Shown here: positions 61,388-64,000 of the stretch, piece by piece | Position numbering within the stretch: the stretch's first letter is position 1 | Layout: each line of letters begins with the position of its first letter | Origin: Candidatus Wildermuthbacteria bacterium | GTDB lineage: Bacteria; Patescibacteriota; Minisyncoccia; Minisyncoccales; UBA10102 | NCBI GenBank assembly: GCA_016186115.1 | Contig: JACPMK010000003.1 | Location: 26,470-90,469, forward strand | Length of the DNA: 64,000 nt | Direction: 5' to 3' | Program-made: the position numbers and the translations under genes | The notes under the pieces: generated by a model | Databases searched by the model: none | The model's input: only the letters and a program-made list of their open reading frames with translations | Told to the model about the DNA's origin: nothing

Positions 61388-61410
61388 CACATTGTATGAA
61401 GGAGGGTGAG

Positions 61411-61584
61411 ATGTACTTTGGTTCGCACATTTGCTGTCTGGATGCCTTTTTCATAGGGGAGGACGGCAGTGGGGCGGTGAAAAAACTTAAAGAGGCGCCA
61501 CCGCCGCCACCAGAAAACGAAAAGGAGAAACTTCTTCCTGCTGACGAAGACCTGCAAGGTCAGCAGGACGAGAAATCATCCTAG
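61411..61584 (+). CDS. Orphan protein, 57 aa, SD-led (P4)
   Basis: AAGGAGGG (61399-406), then ATG at 61411. Encodes MYFGSHICCLDAFFIGEDGSG...APPPPPENEKEK... with an acidic tail. Confidence 0.45.
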   Translation: MYFGSHICCLDAFFIGEDGSGAVKKLKEAPPPPPENEKEKLLPADEDLQGQQDEKSS

Positions 61585-61594
61585 CTCTCCCATG

Positions 61595-61647
61595 CGGCTC
61601 CTTTTGTTTGCGCATCAACGCGCAGCAGGAGGAGCCGTCCATTTTTT
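61595..61647 (+). terminator. Compound hairpin terminator
   Basis: CGGCTCCT (61595-602) / AGGAGCCG (61630-37) with inner TGCGC/GCGCA, followed by TCCATTTTTT. Confidence 0.6.
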
Positions 61648-61649
61648 AC

Positions 61650-61678
61650 TTGACATTATCCCTTGAGCTTACTAGTAT
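61650..61678 (+). promoter_or_regulatory. Sigma70-type promoter of cassette E
   Basis: TTGACA (61650-55), 17-nt spacer, TAGTAT (61673-78). Confidence 0.55.
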
Positions 61679-61695
61679 AAAATATACTCTTCAGC

Positions 61696-61788
61696 ATGGA
61701 CATTATTTTACAGATCAGACAAGCGATTATTGGCATTATTACCATTATTAGCCCCACCAAACGAGGGAGTTTCTTGCAGCAGCTATAA
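61696..61788 (+). CDS. Candidate leader peptide with an Ile run (30 aa)
   Basis: MDIILQIRQAIIGIITIISPTKRGSFLQQL. Four ATTATT pairs plus one ATC are all in frame with the ATG. Confidence 0.45.
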   Translation: MDIILQIRQAIIGIITIISPTKRGSFLQQL

Positions 61789-61813
61789 ACTACAAACTAC
61801 TAACTAAAATCTG
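61786..61813 (+). repeat. Heptanucleotide-periodic tract (TAAACTA type) between micro-ORF and terminator
   Basis: TAAACTA CAAACTA CTAACTA AAATCTG. Confidence 0.7.
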
Positions 61814-61814
61814 C

Positions 61815-61845
61815 ATCAGCTCCCTCGCGGGGGCTGATTTTTTTG
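61815..61845 (+). terminator. Rho-independent terminator (cassette E)
   Basis: ATCAGCTCCC-TCGC-GGGGGCTGAT (10 bp, one G-U); the run of seven T (61838-61844) begins at the last stem T. Confidence 0.8.
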
Positions 61846-61928
61846 AGCATAGTGCATGGGCTTGATTCTCCAATCTCATTCACTGCGCTCAATACCAGAG
61901 AGTGCAGTAATAGCACGAGGAGGGTGTA

Positions 61929-62111
61929 ATGAAAAGGGAAGAGAAGTCCGATATTATTGAAGAAATCGTGACGGTTCTCGCGGGAGGAGATTTTGCCGGA
62001 GGCGAGAAACAGCGCCGCAAAAATCGAAAAGATAAGCTGGAGAAGAAGAGGTGGGGGAAAGCTGCTGCTGACGCAGGAGCTCTGCCTGCCAAAGACAGTC
62101 TTGATTTGTAA
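61929..62111 (+). CDS. Orphan protein, 60 aa, SD-led (P5), highly charged
   Basis: GAGGAGGG (61916-23), then ATG at 61929. Encodes MKREEKSDIIEEIVTVLAGGDFAGGEKQRRKNRKDKLEKKRWGK.... Confidence 0.5.
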   Translation: MKREEKSDIIEEIVTVLAGGDFAGGEKQRRKNRKDKLEKKRWGKAAADAGALPAKDSLDL

Positions 62112-62136
62112 TTTATGTTTCTCTTCCTTAGGTTTC

Positions 62137-62177
62137 GGGGGCTCGCTGAATGGTTCGCGAAGTGAGCCCCCTTTTTT
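62137..62177 (+). terminator. Rho-independent terminator
   Basis: GGGGGCTCGC / GTGAGCCCCC (10 bp, one G-U), 15-nt loop, followed by TTTTTT. Confidence 0.8.
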
Positions 62178-62192
62178 GTGGAAATATTCCTC

Positions 62193-62221
62193 TTGACGAT
62201 ATTTTGCAAAGAGATTATTCT
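62193..62221 (+). promoter_or_regulatory. Sigma70-type promoter of cassette G
   Basis: TTGACG (62193-98), 17-nt spacer, TATTCT (62216-21). Confidence 0.5.
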
Positions 62222-62281
62222 AGGTATTGTTTTAAGAATCACTGCACCTTAAACAGAGCATTAGTTGAAGGGAGAAGGAGA

Positions 62282-62590
62282 ATGGCAAAGACAGCTGTCC
62301 TCCTTAGGAAGGGGGATTGGCAGAATGGCAGGACGGGAGATTACAGTAAAATCGTAGAGCTGTTGAAGATTCTTCACAGGGAGTTCAAGGTTCAGCGGCT
62401 CTTACTTGATCAGGAAGTTCTTGATGCGTTGCCTTCAAAACTTCGTGATGTTAAGCTTGTGTTTCTTGTTCCCTCCGGAGGCCAGAAGCCACAAACTCCG
62501 GAAGGGATCAAGATAACAATAGCTGAACTTCCAGAGAATTTCTCGAAGATGGAATTCATCGCAGCCGTCTTTCCCGATTTCCCACAATAG
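62282..62590 (+). CDS. Orphan protein, 102 aa, SD-led (P6)
   Basis: GGAGAAGGAG, then ATG at 62282. Encodes MAKTAVLLRKGDWQNGRTGDYSKIVELLKIL.... No family recognised. The longer track start at 62150 was rejected. Confidence 0.55.
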   Translation: MAKTAVLLRKGDWQNGRTGDYSKIVELLKILHREFKVQRLLLDQEVLDALPSKLRDVKLVFLVPSGGQKPQTPEGIKITIAELPENFSKMEFIAAVFPDFPQ

Positions 62591-62618
62591 CCCGTCCACT
62601 AGGCCGGGCTATTTTTTT
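62588..62618 (+). terminator. Rho-independent terminator
   Basis: TAGCCCGTCC-ACTA-GGCCGGGCTA (one mismatch) followed by T7. The stop codon lies in the stem. Confidence 0.75.
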
Positions 62619-62659
62619 GTCTTCTTTATTATTCTTGCTTTTTGAGTACAATAAAACAT

Positions 62660-63544
62660 ATGCCTTTTCTCATCGATACCCATGGACATGTTAATTTCAA
62701 TGCGTTTCGCAACGATGCGGACGATGTTCTTGGCCGCGCATTGAAAAATGATACGTGGGTGATCATGCCCGGCTCTCAATATTCCACATCGCAGCGGGCG
62801 GTTGAAATCGCAGAGCGTTTTAAAAATGGAGTTTTCGCCGCAGTCGGCATTCACCCCATCCATTTGGAGCATCGGGAAGTAGATGTGATGGAGGTACAGT
62901 CAGCGAAGGGAGAGAAAGAGAGCTGGATGACCTTTGAAACTAGAGCCGAAGAATTTGATCATGAGGCCTATAAAGATTTAGCAAAAAGCAAAAAAGTGGT
63001 GGCCATCGGCGAGGTTGGTCTTGACTATTATTACGAACCCAAAGGCAAGGCGAAAAGAGAGGAATTCCGGGCGCGACAAAAGGAAACTCTCGAGAAACAA
63101 ATTTCACTGGCCCTTGAATTGAATCTTCCCGTCATTTTGCATTGCCGCGCCGCCCATCCCGATCTTTTTAATCTACTCACTACCCGCTATCCACTGCCAA
63201 CCAGCGATTTTCGTGGCGTGCTGCATTGTTACACAGGAAATCTTGAGCAGGCGAAAAAATTTTTGGATCTGGGTTTATACTTCGGATTCAATGGTTTGAT
63301 TTTCAAAAAAGTTCCTGCGCTCCCTGATCCGCGCGAAATTATTTCTTTTCTTCCATTGGATCGCATTCTTCTCGAGACCGATTCGCCGTATTTGGTTCCA
63401 TCGCAGGCGGCTGTAGAACGAAATGAACCTTTGTTTGTAAAGTACGTTGCCCAGGAAATTTCCCGCATCAAAAATATCCCCCTTGAAAAGGTAGCAGAAA
63501 TTACCACCCAAAACGCCTTGACTCTTTTCCATTTATCTTTTTAG
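62660..63544 (+). CDS. tatD: TatD family metal-dependent hydrolase/DNase
   Basis: MPFLIDTHGHV start, GIHP, EVGLDYYY, HCR and ETDSPYL motifs. It has an unusually long insert between the GIHP and EVGLDYYY motifs. Confidence 0.9.
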   Translation: MPFLIDTHGHVNFNAFRNDADDVLGRALKNDTWVIMPGSQYSTSQRAVEIAERFKNGVFAAVGIHPIHLEHREVDVMEVQSAKGEKESWMTFETRAEEFDHEAYKDLAKSKKVVAIGEVGLDYYYEPKGKAKREEFRARQKETLEKQISLALELNLPVILHCRAAHPDLFNLLTTRYPLPTSDFRGVLHCYTGNLEQAKKFLDLGLYFGFNGLIFKKVPALPDPREIISFLPLDRILLETDSPYLVPSQAAVERNEPLFVKYVAQEISRIKNIPLEKVAEITTQNALTLFHLSF

Positions 63545-63550
63545 CCATCC

Positions 63551-63579
63551 TTGACAAAGAACTATGGAAATTTTAAGGT
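63551..63579 (+). promoter_or_regulatory. Possible promoter
   Basis: TTGACA (63551-56), 17-nt spacer, TAAGGT (weak -10). Confidence 0.4.
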
Positions 63580-63606
63580 GGAGCTAAGCTAGGAGGGAGG
63601 AAAACA

Positions 63607-63786
63607 ATGAGCACATCCGAGATAGGAAAGCATATCTGTAGAGAGTGGGCGGAGAGAATCCCAGGGGCTCCGGGTTTCTGTATCTGTCGGAAATGTGGGG
63701 GGCGGGTGTTGACAGAAGAACCAAATAGACCCCCCGAAGGTACAAACAGGAAAGGAACCACCGCACAATTTCTGGAGGTGGCGTAG
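63607..63786 (+). CDS. Small Cys-rich orphan protein (59 aa, below track threshold), SD-led (P7)
   Basis: AGGAGGGAGG, then ATG at 63607. Encodes MSTSEIGKHICREWAERIPGAPGFCICRKCGGRVLTEEPNRPPEGTNRKGTTAQFLEVA, a possible zinc ribbon. Confidence 0.45.
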   Translation: MSTSEIGKHICREWAERIPGAPGFCICRKCGGRVLTEEPNRPPEGTNRKGTTAQFLEVA

Positions 63787-63804
63787 TTGAAGACCCATAT
63801 TCGA

Positions 63805-63856
63805 GGGGGCGAGACAACGGAGAAGATTAATTCTTCTTTCTCTGTTTCGCCCCTAA
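63805..63856 (+). terminator. Long compound hairpin between convergent genes
   Basis: GGGGCGAGACA (63806-16) / TGTTTCGCCCC (63843-53) with one G-U, inner GAAGA-TTAAT-TCTTC, followed by TAATTTGTT. Confidence 0.55.
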
Positions 63857-63877
63857 TTTGTTCTCCGCCATGAGCGT

Positions 63878-64000
63878 TCAAAGGGAATAGTGGGTTGCGG
63901 ATTGTTTAATGAGGTTGTCTTTGAGGAGAGAGGCAATAACTTTAGAAGGTGCGAACGACGCGTTTTTCTTTTTGATTTCGTTTGCGAGAAACGTATAAAC
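63878..64000 (-). CDS. 3' end of an ORF entering from the right window edge (partial)
   Basis: Hand translation of the minus strand gives ...VYTFLANEIKKKNASFAPSKVIASLLKDNLIKQSATHYSL, with the stop (TGA) at 63880-63878. Function unknown. Confidence 0.3.
   Translation of the reverse strand, partial: VYTFLANEIKKKNASFAPSKVIASLLKDNLIKQSATHYSL

Noticed and set aside
60293-62242. Minus-strand ORFs in the island (60293..60502, 60528..60875, 60928..61230, 61175..61390, 61889..62242)
   Set aside because: They run antisense through plus-strand promoter/SD/terminator-defined units. They lack SD or plausible starts and read through terminator stems.
1-64000. Alternative genetic code (UGA reassigned, as in some CPR lineages)
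   Set aside because: TGA ends conserved genes at the expected positions (polA 21774-76, yidC 7175-77, metG 60276-78, the permease 33880-82). No conserved gene needs read-through of TGA. Only one in-frame TAG was seen (48102).
1-64000. Prophage, integrase, transposase, CRISPR-Cas, rRNA operon
   Set aside because: No ORF shows recombinase, transposase, capsid, terminase or Cas motifs. No spacer-repeat array and no rRNA-like sequence were seen on either strand.

Overview
This is a 64-kb chromosomal window around a replication origin: rpmH-rnpA-yidC-jag on the minus strand, dnaA-dnaN on the plus strand. The genome is compact and moderately A+T-rich. Gene content suggests a Patescibacteria/CPR-like organism, but that is inference only. 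The supporting signs are a T4SS-type PrgI/VirB4/pilin locus, PilB, a TM-anchored MurE-like ligase, many repair and salvage enzymes, no biosynthetic operons, and housekeeping genes without Shine-Dalgarno (SD) sequences.

Most of the window is tightly packed housekeeping:
- Replication and repair: dnaA, dnaN, polA, holA, PolX, uvrB, ruvABC, recO, an EndoQ-like nuclease.
- Translation: tyrS, argS, ileS, glyQS, metG, infC-rpmI-rplT, rpsT, smpB.
- Envelope: PBP1A, MurE-like ligase, YidC.
- A histidine kinase with two receiver proteins.

Read by eye and absent from the ORF track: rpmH (8290..8424), a tmRNA next to smpB (45266..45614, which invalidates the long infC ORF), tRNA-Arg(CCG) (31812..31884), several ORFs under 60 aa, and many promoter and terminator pairs.

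Most notable observations:
1. Candidate ribosome-mediated leader-peptide attenuators. A near-textbook Leu-run attenuator sits at 60993-61153, and an Ile-run leader with a 16-bp antiterminator lies in front of greA. Ile- and Phe-run leaders lie in the island described in point 2.
2. That island is 2.3 kb long and sits between metG and tatD. It is made of tiny, individually promoted and terminated, SD-led orphan genes.
3. An IleRS carries a complete histidine-phosphatase (PGAM-like) domain inserted in a catalytic-core loop.
4. Heptanucleotide-periodic tracts (AAATYCG, TAAACTA and similar) are embedded in frame in murE, argS, ileS, polX and metG.
5. There is a 153-bp element with 26-bp terminal inverted repeats, and a PaaX-like gene with an in-frame TAG.

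I saw no rRNA, CRISPR array, transposase or integrase. All coordinates and pairings were derived by hand. No database search, folding or statistics could be run.
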